A model generated the notes under the pieces. That model had not been told where the DNA came from, searched no databases, and saw nothing but the letters and a program-made list of their open reading frames with translations. Shown here one piece after another: positions 28,804-38,746 of a stretch of 64,000 bases of DNA. Source of the stretch: an uncultured Bacilli bacterium (GTDB lineage Bacteria > Bacillota_I > Bacilli_A > RF39 > UBA660); the NCBI GenBank assembly GCA_963931305.1, contig OZ006994.1, positions 282,955 to 346,954 of the forward strand, in the 5' to 3' direction. The stretch's first letter is position 1. The number at the start of each line of letters is the position of its first letter. The position numbers were made by a program, and so were the translations under genes.

Positions 28804-29121
28804 ATGGAAAATTGGATACAATATTTGATTATTTTAATTATATTAATTATTATTGGAATTGCGATTACGCGTTCTAAGAAAAAAGACTTTAAAATGGAAG
28901 TAAATAAACTAGTAAATTACTTAGGAGGAAAAGACAATATTATCGATTATGAATTTCACAAATCTCGTTTTATTGTCAACGTGAAAGATGTAGATAAAGT
29001 CAATAAAGAAGGAATTCAAAAACTAGGAGCGCAAGGAATTGTAGAGATTGAAAACCAATTAAAAATTATCTTAGGACCTGATACAACGCATATTAAAAAA
29101 TATATTGATGCATTAAAGTGA
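28804..29121 (+). CDS. TM-anchored PTS-EIIB-like domain protein lacking the phosphorylatable Cys
   Basis: LVNYLGGKDNIIDYEFHKSRFIVNVKD resembles the glucose-family EIIB …ALGGKENI…HCATRLRFVLKD, with Cys replaced by Lys/Ser. Confidence 0.35.
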   Translation: MENWIQYLIILIILIIIGIAITRSKKKDFKMEVNKLVNYLGGKDNIIDYEFHKSRFIVNVKDVDKVNKEGIQKLGAQGIVEIENQLKIILGPDTTHIKKYIDALK

Positions 29122-29204
29122 TAAAATATCACTTTTTTTGTGCTTTTTCGACAAGATTCGACAAATATCATTGATATCCTATAAATGATAGGAAGGGGAT
29201 TTGT

Positions 29205-30443
29205 ATGAATCTATTTGAAGGATTAGTATTAAACTTTATATTTATTATTTTTCCAATGTTACTATATTTATTTTATTTAGTACAAATTAGTAATACCAAA
29301 CAGAAAGATCATGATTTATTTTTAGATTTTGCTTTCATTTCATCTCTTTACTTATGTATTCGTTATGGAATGATATTATTTCCAATTCCAACGATGTTTT
29401 TTATTACCATTCCTCTTTTTCTAGCATTTCAAAAGCATCGTAGTATATGTGCCATTATATATAGTTTTATTTTATTATCGATTCAAGTTTCTTATTATCA
29501 AAAATCAGTATATCTTTTCATGGGAATCAATCTTCTTTATTTTCTTTTTTATGGGTGTTATCACTATAAAAAACTACGTCGTAAGGATATGATGCTATAT
29601 TTTTTATTGTGTAATGTTTTTAATACTTTATTTCTTATGATATATACCAATAAATTATCAGAAGTAATTGGCATTCAATTACCTATCTTAATCGGTGCAA
29701 CATTTATTATTACTTATTTAGCGTGTCGTTTTATTGATAAAGAAAATGAAATCGTCAATTTCCATATTTCTTTAAAAGAAATAGAAAAACAAAAACAGGT
29801 TCAAAATACAATTTTTAAAATTACTCATGAAATTAAAAATCCGATTGCTGTTTGTAAAGGATATTTAGATATGTTTGATATCAATAATCAAGAACATAGT
29901 AAGAAATATATTCCTATTTTAAAAGAAGAAATAGAAAGAACATTAATCTTAATCCAAGATTTTTTAGCTACCAGTCATGTTAAAATTAATCCTGAAGAAA
30001 TGGATATGAATTTATTATTAGAAGAAGTCATTCATAACTTTAAACCAATCTTAAAACAGAAAAAAATAGTATTAGAATCTTTCATAGATGATAAAGAATA
30101 TTATATGATGGGAGATTATTATAGACTCAATCAAGTACTCATTAATCTATTAAAAAATGCGATAGAGGCAATGAAAGAAAAAGGGAAACTACATATTCAT
30201 ACAGAAGTAGAACATCAACAATTAATGATTTATATTAAAGATAATGGGGAAGGTATTTCTGATGAGAATTTAAAAAAGATTGTCGAACCATTTTTTACAA
30301 CAAAAGAAAATGGAACAGGATTAGGTGTCGGTTTATCGATTGATATTGTAAAAAAACATCATGGTTCCATCCAATATTATTCTAAACAAGGAATTGGAAC
30401 AACGGTTGTACTAACATTTCCTTTACTTTCTATTTCTGAATAA
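29205..30443 (+). CDS. Sensor histidine kinase: multi-TM sensor, HisKA, HATPase_c. Orphan, with no adjacent response regulator.
   Basis: Six N-terminal TM helices. H-box ITHEIKNPIAV. N-box LINLLKNAIEA. G-boxes DNGEGI and GTGLGL. Confidence 0.8.
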   Translation: MNLFEGLVLNFIFIIFPMLLYLFYLVQISNTKQKDHDLFLDFAFISSLYLCIRYGMILFPIPTMFFITIPLFLAFQKHRSICAIIYSFILLSIQVSYYQKSVYLFMGINLLYFLFYGCYHYKKLRRKDMMLYFLLCNVFNTLFLMIYTNKLSEVIGIQLPILIGATFIITYLACRFIDKENEIVNFHISLKEIEKQKQVQNTIFKITHEIKNPIAVCKGYLDMFDINNQEHSKKYIPILKEEIERTLILIQDFLATSHVKINPEEMDMNLLLEEVIHNFKPILKQKKIVLESFIDDKEYYMMGDYYRLNQVLINLLKNAIEAMKEKGKLHIHTEVEHQQLMIYIKDNGEGISDENLKKIVEPFFTTKENGTGLGVGLSIDIVKKHHGSIQYYSKQGIGTTVVLTFPLLSISE

Positions 30444-30511
30444 TTGTCAAGTGCTTAGGAATTAAATTTACAGGACTTTAGAATTCCTGTATAATAACAA
30501 TAGGTGATACT

Positions 30512-31570
30512 ATGAATCAGAGATTAAAAATTATGGCTGTATCTGGTACTTTATATGAAAGAGGAGTACAGATGGGAAAAGCTTTCCGTAAAACAATTCA
30601 ATCCGAAATAGAAGCAATTTCAGAATTATGGAAAGATGAAGATATTTGTGATCGCTTTTTAATTGTAAAAAAGAAATTAGAAGAAAAATATGCTGATTTA
30701 CTAGAAGAAGTATATGGAAGAGCAGATGGTGCGGAAGTAAAAAGAGATGATTATCTTTTATATCTTTGTAAAGAAATATATACTTATCATGATTCTTGTA
30801 CTGATATTATTGTAAAAAATCATAATCATGAAATCGTAGGTGGACATAACGAAGATGGAAATTATCACTTAGACAATACTGCTTTAGTAAAATATCAAAC
30901 AGATTATGGGTACCTATGTGACTTTTTTTCCACGGATACATTAGCAGGTGGTAATTTCTGTTGGAATAGTCATGGTATGATTTTTACAGGAAACTCTATT
31001 TATGTAAAACATATGAATCATATTGGTATTCCTGTTTGGTTTATTTTAAGAAGAGTTGTAGATGCTAGAAATATGGAAGAAGTACTAGCTTTATTCGATA
31101 ATCAAGATGCTGCAAGTGGTTATAATTTAAATATTACTGATACAAATGCCAAACGTTCTGTTTCGATTGAATATCGTTTAGATATTCGTTCCGTGATTGA
31201 AATTAATGAGAAATTTGCACATTCTAATCACTTTACAACAGAAGTAGGATTACCAATTTCTAAAAAAGGTTCTAACTCGAAATTTCGCCTACAAAAATCA
31301 TTAGAGTTCTTAAATAAATATTCATTAAACTATCGTCGTATCGATGAAAAAGATATTTTAAATATATTACAATATCGTGGTAAAACCCCAAAAACTTCTA
31401 TTCTAGATACAAAATATCCAGATATAACAGCAGCAACATTTTTATATAATACCAAAAGACAGATTGCTATTTACTGTTATTTAGATCATTATAAATATCG
31501 TATTAGTTATGATATGAGTAATTTATTCTCTGATGAATGTGAAAGTAGTATGGAATTATTTTCTATTTAA
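30512..31570 (+). CDS. Peptidase C45 / acyl-CoA:6-APA acyltransferase-family Ntn hydrolase (tentative)
   Basis: …HDSCTDIIVKNHNHEIVGGHNED… is a Cys-nucleophile Ntn-like pattern. Weak call. Confidence 0.35.
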   Translation: MNQRLKIMAVSGTLYERGVQMGKAFRKTIQSEIEAISELWKDEDICDRFLIVKKKLEEKYADLLEEVYGRADGAEVKRDDYLLYLCKEIYTYHDSCTDIIVKNHNHEIVGGHNEDGNYHLDNTALVKYQTDYGYLCDFFSTDTLAGGNFCWNSHGMIFTGNSIYVKHMNHIGIPVWFILRRVVDARNMEEVLALFDNQDAASGYNLNITDTNAKRSVSIEYRLDIRSVIEINEKFAHSNHFTTEVGLPISKKGSNSKFRLQKSLEFLNKYSLNYRRIDEKDILNILQYRGKTPKTSILDTKYPDITAATFLYNTKRQIAIYCYLDHYKYRISYDMSNLFSDECESSMELFSI

Positions 31571-31633
31571 TATGGATTTGCTTTTTCTTGAAATTGTGAT
31601 AAAATACAGTTCTTGAAAAAGGGGAGCGTATAA

Positions 31634-32140
31634 ATGAAAGTAATTTTTCTAGATTTTGATGGCGTCATTAATTCTTATCAAAGTGAGTTAGTAGATCCAG
31701 AATGTGTTGGTGTTTTATCTGCTATTATTGAAGAAACAAATGCAAAAGTAGTAGCTACATCAGCAAGTCGTTATGCTTTTTTAGAAGGTAAAGTTACTTA
31801 TTTAGAAAGTGATTTTTACCGTGACTATGTAAAGCGATTACAAACATATGGAATTCAAATAGATGATATATTACCATGTATCCATAAAAATAAAGAAATA
31901 GAAATTCAAACTTATTTACAACAACACCCTAATATTTCTGAATACTTAGTATTAGATGATGACTATTTTTATGTATCTTTATTAGGACATGAAATATATA
32001 TTGATTTTGAAAGAGGGTTATCTATTTTTGATTTTCAACCCGCTGTTGATATATTAAATGGTAAACTTCTATATTATAATCAAAATAAAATTGAAATAGA
32101 TACTGAAAAAAGAATGATCTTACGAAAATATTTAAAATAA
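31634..32140 (+). CDS. HAD-superfamily phosphatase-like protein
   Basis: N-terminal motif I IFLDFDGVI. Short HAD-like fold. Confidence 0.45.
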   Translation: MKVIFLDFDGVINSYQSELVDPECVGVLSAIIEETNAKVVATSASRYAFLEGKVTYLESDFYRDYVKRLQTYGIQIDDILPCIHKNKEIEIQTYLQQHPNISEYLVLDDDYFYVSLLGHEIYIDFERGLSIFDFQPAVDILNGKLLYYNQNKIEIDTEKRMILRKYLK

Positions 32141-32174
32141 AAGAACTTATGATTGTTTCATAAGTTCTTTTTTA
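32139..32174. terminator. Bidirectional rho-independent terminator between convergent genes
   Basis: AAGAACTTATGA-ttgt-TTCATAAGTTCTT with T-runs on both sides. Confidence 0.6.
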
Positions 32175-33862
32175 TTTCTTTTAATATCCATAATAACTGG
32201 TAAAATAATTGGTTTACGTCCTGTTTCTTCATAAATATATTCACTTAAACGCGCTGTAATTTCACCTTTTACTTCTGTATAATTTAAGTGATTTTTACAT
32301 TTATTCAAAATAGCTTTTTTCGATATATCTTCTAATTTTTTTAATAATTCCATATTATCATTCACTAGAACAAAACCACGTGTTGTAATATTTACTTTAC
32401 CAAGTAATTGATTGGTATTGGAATCAATATTTGCAATCACAACAACAATTCCATCATTGGCCATAATCTTACGATCTTTAATGACAGCATTACCAACATC
32501 ACCAATACGATTTCCATCAATATAAACATCTCCAGCTTGAATATTACCAGCTCTTGTAATTTTTCCTTTATACATAGAAAGAACATCTCCATTTCCACAT
32601 ACAAAGGTATTTTCTCTTGGTATACCACAAAGTACACCTGTATCCGCATGACGCTTTAACATACGATAATCACCATGGAATGGCATAAAATATTTTGGTT
32701 TTATTAAACGTAACATTAACTTTTGTTCTTCTTGACTAGCATGTCCAGATGTATGAATGGTACTAAGAGAGGTATTGGTAAATACTTCCACCCCTTTTAA
32801 ATATAATTTATTAACCGTTCTAGCAATACTTAAAGCATTTCCAGGAATTGGACTAGATGAGAATACAACTGTATCATTTGGTTTTAATTTAATTTGACGG
32901 TGTGTCCCATTGGCAATACGAGAAAGTGCTGCTAATGGTTCTCCTTGTGATCCAGTACAAAGTAAACATACTTTTTGATCTGGCATACGATTTGCTTCTT
33001 CAGCAGTAATAAAAATATCTTTATTTTTAATATATCCACCTTGAATAGATATTTCTATATTTGTTTCCATACTACGTCCAAACGTAACAATTTTTCTACC
33101 ATTTCTCTGACAAGTATCTACAATATGTTTTAAACGATAAATATTACTTGCAAATGTCGCAATAATAATTCTTCCCTTATGTTTATATCTTGTAAATATT
33201 TCACTTAAAGCATTATCTACGGTTGACTCACTGGCACTCATACCTTCATTTAAAGCATTGGTAGAATCACTCATTAAAAGAGTAACTCCTCTTTCACCAA
33301 TTCGTGCCATTTTATGTAAATTCGCCATAGGTCCAATTGGTGTTAAATCAAATTTAAAGTCTCCTGTTGTCACAATCGTTCCATTTGGAGTTGTGATACA
33401 AATACCGTGTGAATCAGGAATCGAGTGAGTTGTTCTAAAAAACTCAACTGTAAAGTGTTTAAATTTTACTTTTGTATCTTCCATATAGGTATATAGTGTT
33501 TTATATTGAATATTTCTTTCTTGTAATTTTTTTTGAATTAAACCAATTGCTTGATTTGGAGCATATATGGCAGGAATATTTACTGTTTGCAATAAAAAAG
33601 GAATTCCTCCAATATGATCTTCATGTCCGTGCGTAATAAATAAAGCTTTAATTTTCTTTTCATTTTTCTTTAAAAAAGTAAAGTCTGGGATAACATAATC
33701 AATTCCCATTAATTCTCCACCAGGAAAAGTAATACCAGCATCCGTAATAATAATTTCATCTTTATGCATGAAACAATACATATTTTTTCCGACTTCGCCT
33801 AATCCTCCCAGTGCAAAGATTTTCGTATCTTCACCTTTCATATCATTTTTTAAAAATTTCAT
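32147..33862 (-). CDS. rnj: Ribonuclease J (metallo-beta-lactamase / beta-CASP RNase)
   Basis: THGHEDHIGG motif, beta-CASP region and C-terminal domain. Start moved to the internal ATG MKFLKND, which has an AAAGGAG RBS. The track ORF extends to 33940. Confidence 0.85.
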   Translation of the reverse strand: MKFLKNDMKGEDTKIFALGGLGEVGKNMYCFMHKDEIIITDAGITFPGGELMGIDYVIPDFTFLKKNEKKIKALFITHGHEDHIGGIPFLLQTVNIPAIYAPNQAIGLIQKKLQERNIQYKTLYTYMEDTKVKFKHFTVEFFRTTHSIPDSHGICITTPNGTIVTTGDFKFDLTPIGPMANLHKMARIGERGVTLLMSDSTNALNEGMSASESTVDNALSEIFTRYKHKGRIIIATFASNIYRLKHIVDTCQRNGRKIVTFGRSMETNIEISIQGGYIKNKDIFITAEEANRMPDQKVCLLCTGSQGEPLAALSRIANGTHRQIKLKPNDTVVFSSSPIPGNALSIARTVNKLYLKGVEVFTNTSLSTIHTSGHASQEEQKLMLRLIKPKYFMPFHGDYRMLKRHADTGVLCGIPRENTFVCGNGDVLSMYKGKITRAGNIQAGDVYIDGNRIGDVGNAVIKDRKIMANDGIVVVIANIDSNTNQLLGKVNITTRGFVLVNDNMELLKKLEDISKKAILNKCKNHLNYTEVKGEITARLSEYIYEETGRKPIILPVIMDIKRNKKELMKQS

Positions 33863-33998
33863 TTGATCTCCTTTCTTTTTAGATTCCCGACCTATAAAAT
33901 AAAAAAATTTTTTCACACGTTTCAAATTTAACGATATCATTATAAACTTTTTTTTTGCTTTTGTCTAGTCAGTGTGTTAAGATGATAGTGGTGATGGT

Positions 33999-34592
33999 AT
34001 GAACTTAAGTACTTTAAAAAGAGAAGTTGTTTATTTAGTAGAAGATGAATTACAAAAAAAGGGAATTCTTTCTTATGATGGATATCAAGATGATATTAGA
34101 GAACTTTTAACTTTCTTCTTAGATCAGAGAGTAGATTATAATGAAATTCCTAAAATGATTATAGAGATGTTTTTAAACCCTCCAGAAGTTTATTTTATCA
34201 AGCAAGATGGAACATATGACTCTTATAAATTATCAGCTACAGAACTCCATCAACAAGCGATTTTCGCTTATAGTTTTCAATATTTATCTATCCATCCAGA
34301 AGATCAAGAATTAGAAAAAGTTTTTCACACCGCATCCGTAAATGATATGATGAGATGTCTTTATGAAAGAGGTATCACCATTATGAGAGTTTTTCACAAT
34401 GCAATTGTAGGAGAAAGCTTTGCAGTTACAACACCAATTCCTGAAACAGAAGAAAAAGTAAAAGAAACTTATGAGAAATTAAAAGAAAAATTAATTGCTG
34501 AGAAAAACGGAAACATAAAATTTGAAACATGTTCTTTAGAAAACTTTGATTATAATTTTGTTGAAGATATGGCAAATAATCATAAAAAATAA
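33999..34592 (+). CDS. Hypothetical protein (197 aa)
   Basis: No motif recognised. Confidence 0.4.
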   Translation: MNLSTLKREVVYLVEDELQKKGILSYDGYQDDIRELLTFFLDQRVDYNEIPKMIIEMFLNPPEVYFIKQDGTYDSYKLSATELHQQAIFAYSFQYLSIHPEDQELEKVFHTASVNDMMRCLYERGITIMRVFHNAIVGESFAVTTPIPETEEKVKETYEKLKEKLIAEKNGNIKFETCSLENFDYNFVEDMANNHKK

Positions 34593-34646
34593 GTGAAATT
34601 CTAGTAATTTCACTTATTTTCGTGTAAAATGAAAATAGGTGATAAC

Positions 34647-35648
34647 ATGGGATTATTTGACAAATTTAAACGTATTTTAAAAGTAAATACAGAAGAAGAA
34701 AAAAAAGAATTACAAAGTTATGATCAAGGTTTAGAAAAAACAACCAAAGAAATGCGTAGTAAATTAGCACAATTAAGCAGAAGACATAAACAAATTGATG
34801 ATGCTTATTTTGAAGAATTAGAAGATATTTTAATTACAGCCGATATTGGAGTTCATACGGTGATGAGCTTTATGGATCGTTTAAAAAAACGTGTTAAAGA
34901 AGAAGCAATTCAAGATGTAGATGATTTAAGAGAAATTATTGTAGATGAAATGTTTGTTATTTACGTAAATAATCAAATATTAGTCAATAAAATCAATTAT
35001 AATCAAGACGGTTTAACGGTATTGTTATTTGTTGGTGTGAATGGAGTAGGAAAAACTACAACCATTGGTAAACTTGCAAATAAGTTAAGAAAAGAAGGAA
35101 AGAAAGTTTTATTAATTGCTGGGGATACCTTTCGCGCTGGAGCAACAGAACAATTAGTAGAATGGGCCAATCGTACTCATACAGATGTTGTATGGAAAGA
35201 AAATAGAGATCCCTCTAGTGTCATTTACGATGGCCTAGAAAAAGCAGTTAATGAAAAATACGATATCGCATTAATTGATACCGCAGGTCGTTTACAAAAT
35301 AAAGATGGATTAATGAAAGAATTAGAAAAAATGAATCGTGTCATCGGTAAAATTGTACCAAATGCCCCACATGAAACATTACTAGTCATCGATGCGACAA
35401 CTGGTCAAAATGGAATTCAACAAGCAAAAAGCTTTAAAGAAATTACTAATATCACAGGGATTGTTTTAACAAAATTAGATGGTACTGCCAAAGGTGGAAT
35501 CGTTTTAGCAATTAAAGATGAAGTAGATATTCCTGTTAAATATGTAGGTCTTGGTGAAAAAGAAGAAGATCTTAGAGTCTTTGATATTGAAAAATATATT
35601 TATGGATTATTTAAAGGGTTTGTAGGTGATGAAGATGATGAAAAGTAG
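34647..35648 (+). CDS. ftsY: Signal recognition particle receptor FtsY
   Basis: NG domain: GVNGVGKTTTIGKLA, DTAGR, TKLDGTAKGG. Start set to MGLFDKFK, which has an AGGTGA RBS. Confidence 0.85.
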   Translation: MGLFDKFKRILKVNTEEEKKELQSYDQGLEKTTKEMRSKLAQLSRRHKQIDDAYFEELEDILITADIGVHTVMSFMDRLKKRVKEEAIQDVDDLREIIVDEMFVIYVNNQILVNKINYNQDGLTVLLFVGVNGVGKTTTIGKLANKLRKEGKKVLLIAGDTFRAGATEQLVEWANRTHTDVVWKENRDPSSVIYDGLEKAVNEKYDIALIDTAGRLQNKDGLMKELEKMNRVIGKIVPNAPHETLLVIDATTGQNGIQQAKSFKEITNITGIVLTKLDGTAKGGIVLAIKDEVDIPVKYVGLGEKEEDLRVFDIEKYIYGLFKGFVGDEDDEK

Positions 35649-35922
35649 TTTAGAAGAAACAAAAATTCCTGGTCTTTATACATGGCAACAAAAAATGGGA
35701 CTATTTACACAATTTATTTCATTTGTTATTTTCTTAATCTGTTTTATTTTAAATATTATAGGTAAATTAGATACTGCTTGGTTATTTCTAATTTTAGTTG
35801 TATTATTACTCTCTATGGCTTATAATAATTATAGTATCTTTCAGCGTAAATACTTTACCATATGTTATCTGGTTGGAGCTATTTTATGTTTAGGATTATT
35901 TGGAGGTATGTTACTTGGATAA
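35626..35922 (+). CDS. Small 2-3 TM membrane protein (98 aa) between ftsY and ylxM
   Basis: Hydrophobic ORF overlapping the ftsY 3' end. Could be real or spurious. Confidence 0.3.
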   Translation: MMKMMKSSLEETKIPGLYTWQQKMGLFTQFISFVIFLICFILNIIGKLDTAWLFLILVVLLLSMAYNNYSIFQRKYFTICYLVGAILCLGLFGGMLLG

Positions 35923-36205
35923 GAGAAGTAATATAATTATTTTATATGATTACTACAAAGAATTACTAACTGAAAAACAACAAATATACTTTGAAGGATA
36001 TTATTTTGAAAATGAATCATTACAAGAACTCAGTGAAGAATATGATGTAAGTCGTAATGCGATTCATAAACAAGTAAAAGAAACAGAAGAAAAATTACAA
36101 GAATATGAAAATAAACTTGGTTTATATCATAAAAGAATAAAAATATTAAAATTAATTGAAAACTTAGATGAGAAAACAAAAGAACAAATAGAAACACTAA
36201 TATAA
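35900..36205 (+). CDS. ylxM: UPF0122 / YlxM family putative DNA-binding protein (sigma-70 region-4-like)
   Basis: …LYDYYKELLTEKQQIYFEGYYFENESLQELSEEYDVSRNAIHKQVKETEEKL… is the YlxM pattern. TTG start at 35900, or TTG at 35915 with a GGAGG RBS. Confidence 0.7.
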   Translation: MEVCYLDKRSNIIILYDYYKELLTEKQQIYFEGYYFENESLQELSEEYDVSRNAIHKQVKETEEKLQEYENKLGLYHKRIKILKLIENLDEKTKEQIETLI

Positions 36206-36223
36206 AAGGGGAAGGGTGATACT

Positions 36224-37978
36224 ATGTTTGATCATATTAGTTATATTAACAATAATACTGCCGAAGTAAAATTGAAAGAAGGCGTTCCTCTTCAAGGGAA
36301 TATCATGAATATGCATGTTATGTTTGAAGATGAAGATAAAAAAATATTAGGAGAAGTAGAAGATATCACAAAAGATAGTGTTAAAGTAAACTTTTTAGGA
36401 GAAATTGTAAATAATAAATTTGTTGGAGGAGTTTTACGTAAACCAAAATTAACAGCTACGATTCGTGTTATTACGTCTGATGAAGTCAAAATGATTGTTG
36501 GAGTACCAGCACCTGGCAAATTTTTAATCGGTTATTCACCACTTTATGATGATCAACCAATCTATGTAGATATTAATGATTTATTTAGTAACCATCTTGC
36601 GATTTTCGGTAATACAGGTAGTGGTAAATCATGTGGTGTAGCGCGTATTTTACAAAACGTATTTCAAAATAATTTATTACAACCATATCGTGCTAACTTC
36701 TTTATTTTTGATGCATATGGAGAATATCACAATGCATTTTCTAACTTAAACCAAGTAAATCCAAATTATTTCTTTAAATTTTATACAACCAATGAACGTC
36801 AAACCGATGGAGAATTACTTCGTATTCCACTTTGGTTATTAGATGTTGATGATTGGGCGTTATTACTTCGTGCTACAAACCATTCACAAATTCCAATTAT
36901 CGAAAGAATGTTAAAATTAACACGTATTTTTTCAGAAGATGACGAACAAGCATTAAAATATAAAAATCATTTAATTGCTAAAGCAATTATGACAATCCTT
37001 TATACGAATCAAACTGCAACCAGCAAAAGAAACGATATTTTTACAATTCTAGAAACTTGTTCAACACCACAATTTAACTTAGAAGCACCAGTTCAAGGAA
37101 TTGGTTATACGAGAAAATTTAGAGAGTGTTTTATTATTGATTCCCAAGGGTCATTTGTTGAAAGTGTTTTAGTTACAAAATATATTTCAGATTTTATCGA
37201 TGAAGAATTAGATAAATATGAAACAACAAAACTTAGCTATTTTACTTTAGAAGATGTAGAAAAAGCACTAAACTTTACACTGATTAGTGAAGGACTTTTA
37301 AACAATGATCAGACATATAGTGATGCAGTTACATTAAAAGTAAAATTACATGCGATTGTAATCAGTGAGAATGCGAAATTCTTATCTTATCCAAAATTCA
37401 TTACGATGAATGAATATATCGCATCTTTAGTAGCAGTTGGAAATCACAAAGCACAAATTATTAACTTTAATATGGAAGATATCGATGATTGGTTCGCAAA
37501 AGTGATTACGAAAGTATATACAAAAATGTTATTTGATTTTACAAAGAACTTACCAAAACGTGCTTCATTACCATTCCATGTCTTCTTAGAAGAAGCACAC
37601 CGTTATGTACAAAACGATTCTGATAAAGACTTAATTGGATATAATATCTTTGAACGTGTTGCGAAAGAAGGACGTAAATATGGTCTTATCTTTAATTTAA
37701 TCAGTCAAAGACCAGTAGAAATATCAGAAACCGTTATCTCACAATGTACGAACTTTATCATCTTTAAAATGAACCATCCTCGTGATCTAGACTATATTAA
37801 AAAGATGTTACCAAATATTAGTGCTGAAATTGTTGAAAAACAAAAAAGTTTACAACCAGGTACTTGTGTCGCATTTGGTAAAGCATTCCGTGTTCCAATG
37901 ATTATCCGTATGGAAATGCCAAATCCAGAACCATCTAGTAGTAACTGTGATGTCATCGATACATGGAGTGTTCATTAA
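36224..37978 (+). CDS. HerA/DUF87-family (FtsK-HerA superfamily) ATPase with N-terminal barrel domain
   Basis: Walker A HLAIFGNTGSGKS. Walker B FHVFLEEAHRY. C-terminal LISQRPVEISETVISQCTNFIIFKMNHPRDLDYI is typical of HerA. Confidence 0.7.
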   Translation: MFDHISYINNNTAEVKLKEGVPLQGNIMNMHVMFEDEDKKILGEVEDITKDSVKVNFLGEIVNNKFVGGVLRKPKLTATIRVITSDEVKMIVGVPAPGKFLIGYSPLYDDQPIYVDINDLFSNHLAIFGNTGSGKSCGVARILQNVFQNNLLQPYRANFFIFDAYGEYHNAFSNLNQVNPNYFFKFYTTNERQTDGELLRIPLWLLDVDDWALLLRATNHSQIPIIERMLKLTRIFSEDDEQALKYKNHLIAKAIMTILYTNQTATSKRNDIFTILETCSTPQFNLEAPVQGIGYTRKFRECFIIDSQGSFVESVLVTKYISDFIDEELDKYETTKLSYFTLEDVEKALNFTLISEGLLNNDQTYSDAVTLKVKLHAIVISENAKFLSYPKFITMNEYIASLVAVGNHKAQIINFNMEDIDDWFAKVITKVYTKMLFDFTKNLPKRASLPFHVFLEEAHRYVQNDSDKDLIGYNIFERVAKEGRKYGLIFNLISQRPVEISETVISQCTNFIIFKMNHPRDLDYIKKMLPNISAEIVEKQKSLQPGTCVAFGKAFRVPMIIRMEMPNPEPSSSNCDVIDTWSVH

Positions 37979-38024
37979 AAATCATCTAAAAGATGATTTT
38001 TTCTATAATTAGAAAGGACAATAT

Positions 38025-38618
38025 ATGATAGAATTTCATGTCAAACCATATAAACAACATAGAAATAATTGTGCAATCGCATGTATGTTAATGATTTTGG
38101 AATATTATCAAATCATTTCCAAAGCAAACTATTTCTATGAGAAAGAATATGAAAAAAGATATCATTCCAGACATATGGATGGAACTCCGTTTTCCGCAAT
38201 CGCTTATCATCTTTCTAAAAACCATCTAAAAGTAAAATTAATCCATTCAGAGCAATCATATTTTACAAATCAAACACATTTTTTGTTAGATTATGTATTT
38301 CAAAACACCATGCAAGAATATCAAAGTTATTTAAATGGAGTCATAGAAATGGGTGGAGAAGTAAAAACAGGAGTAGATTTGACTGTATCATTTTTAAAAG
38401 AACAATTACAAAATGGATATCTAATTATTTCAGCAGGAATGGTAGGAAAAGTATTACACGCCATTTTAATATGTGGATATGAATTAGATAAATTTACTGT
38501 TTGTGATCCTCTTTGTAAGAGACAACAATCTCTCACATGTGAAGAACTGGAAACGTTTATGAGTACTCCTATTGGAAAATGGTGTATTCTTGTTAAAAGT
38601 AATTTATCACATGGATAA
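38025..38618 (+). CDS. Peptidase C39-like (papain-fold) cysteine peptidase domain protein
   Basis: Q…NNCAIACMLMIL matches the C39 Q/C-box (Q-x-DCG-A-L-MI) with the catalytic Cys. HAILICGY carries the His. Confidence 0.55.
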   Translation: MIEFHVKPYKQHRNNCAIACMLMILEYYQIISKANYFYEKEYEKRYHSRHMDGTPFSAIAYHLSKNHLKVKLIHSEQSYFTNQTHFLLDYVFQNTMQEYQSYLNGVIEMGGEVKTGVDLTVSFLKEQLQNGYLIISAGMVGKVLHAILICGYELDKFTVCDPLCKRQQSLTCEELETFMSTPIGKWCILVKSNLSHG

Positions 38619-38746
38619 ATATTCAGAATTATCAGAAATTAATATGTATTTGAAAGAGTAAAGGTATGTACAATCACGATTTTATTCACTTTTAATTTCA
38701 AGGATGATATGCTATAATGAGAATGAAAATAGAGGAGGTTATATTT

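Noticed and set aside
32408-32659. Two overlapping ORFs inside and antisense to rnj
   Set aside because: The RNase J frame is unambiguous (HGHEDH motif).
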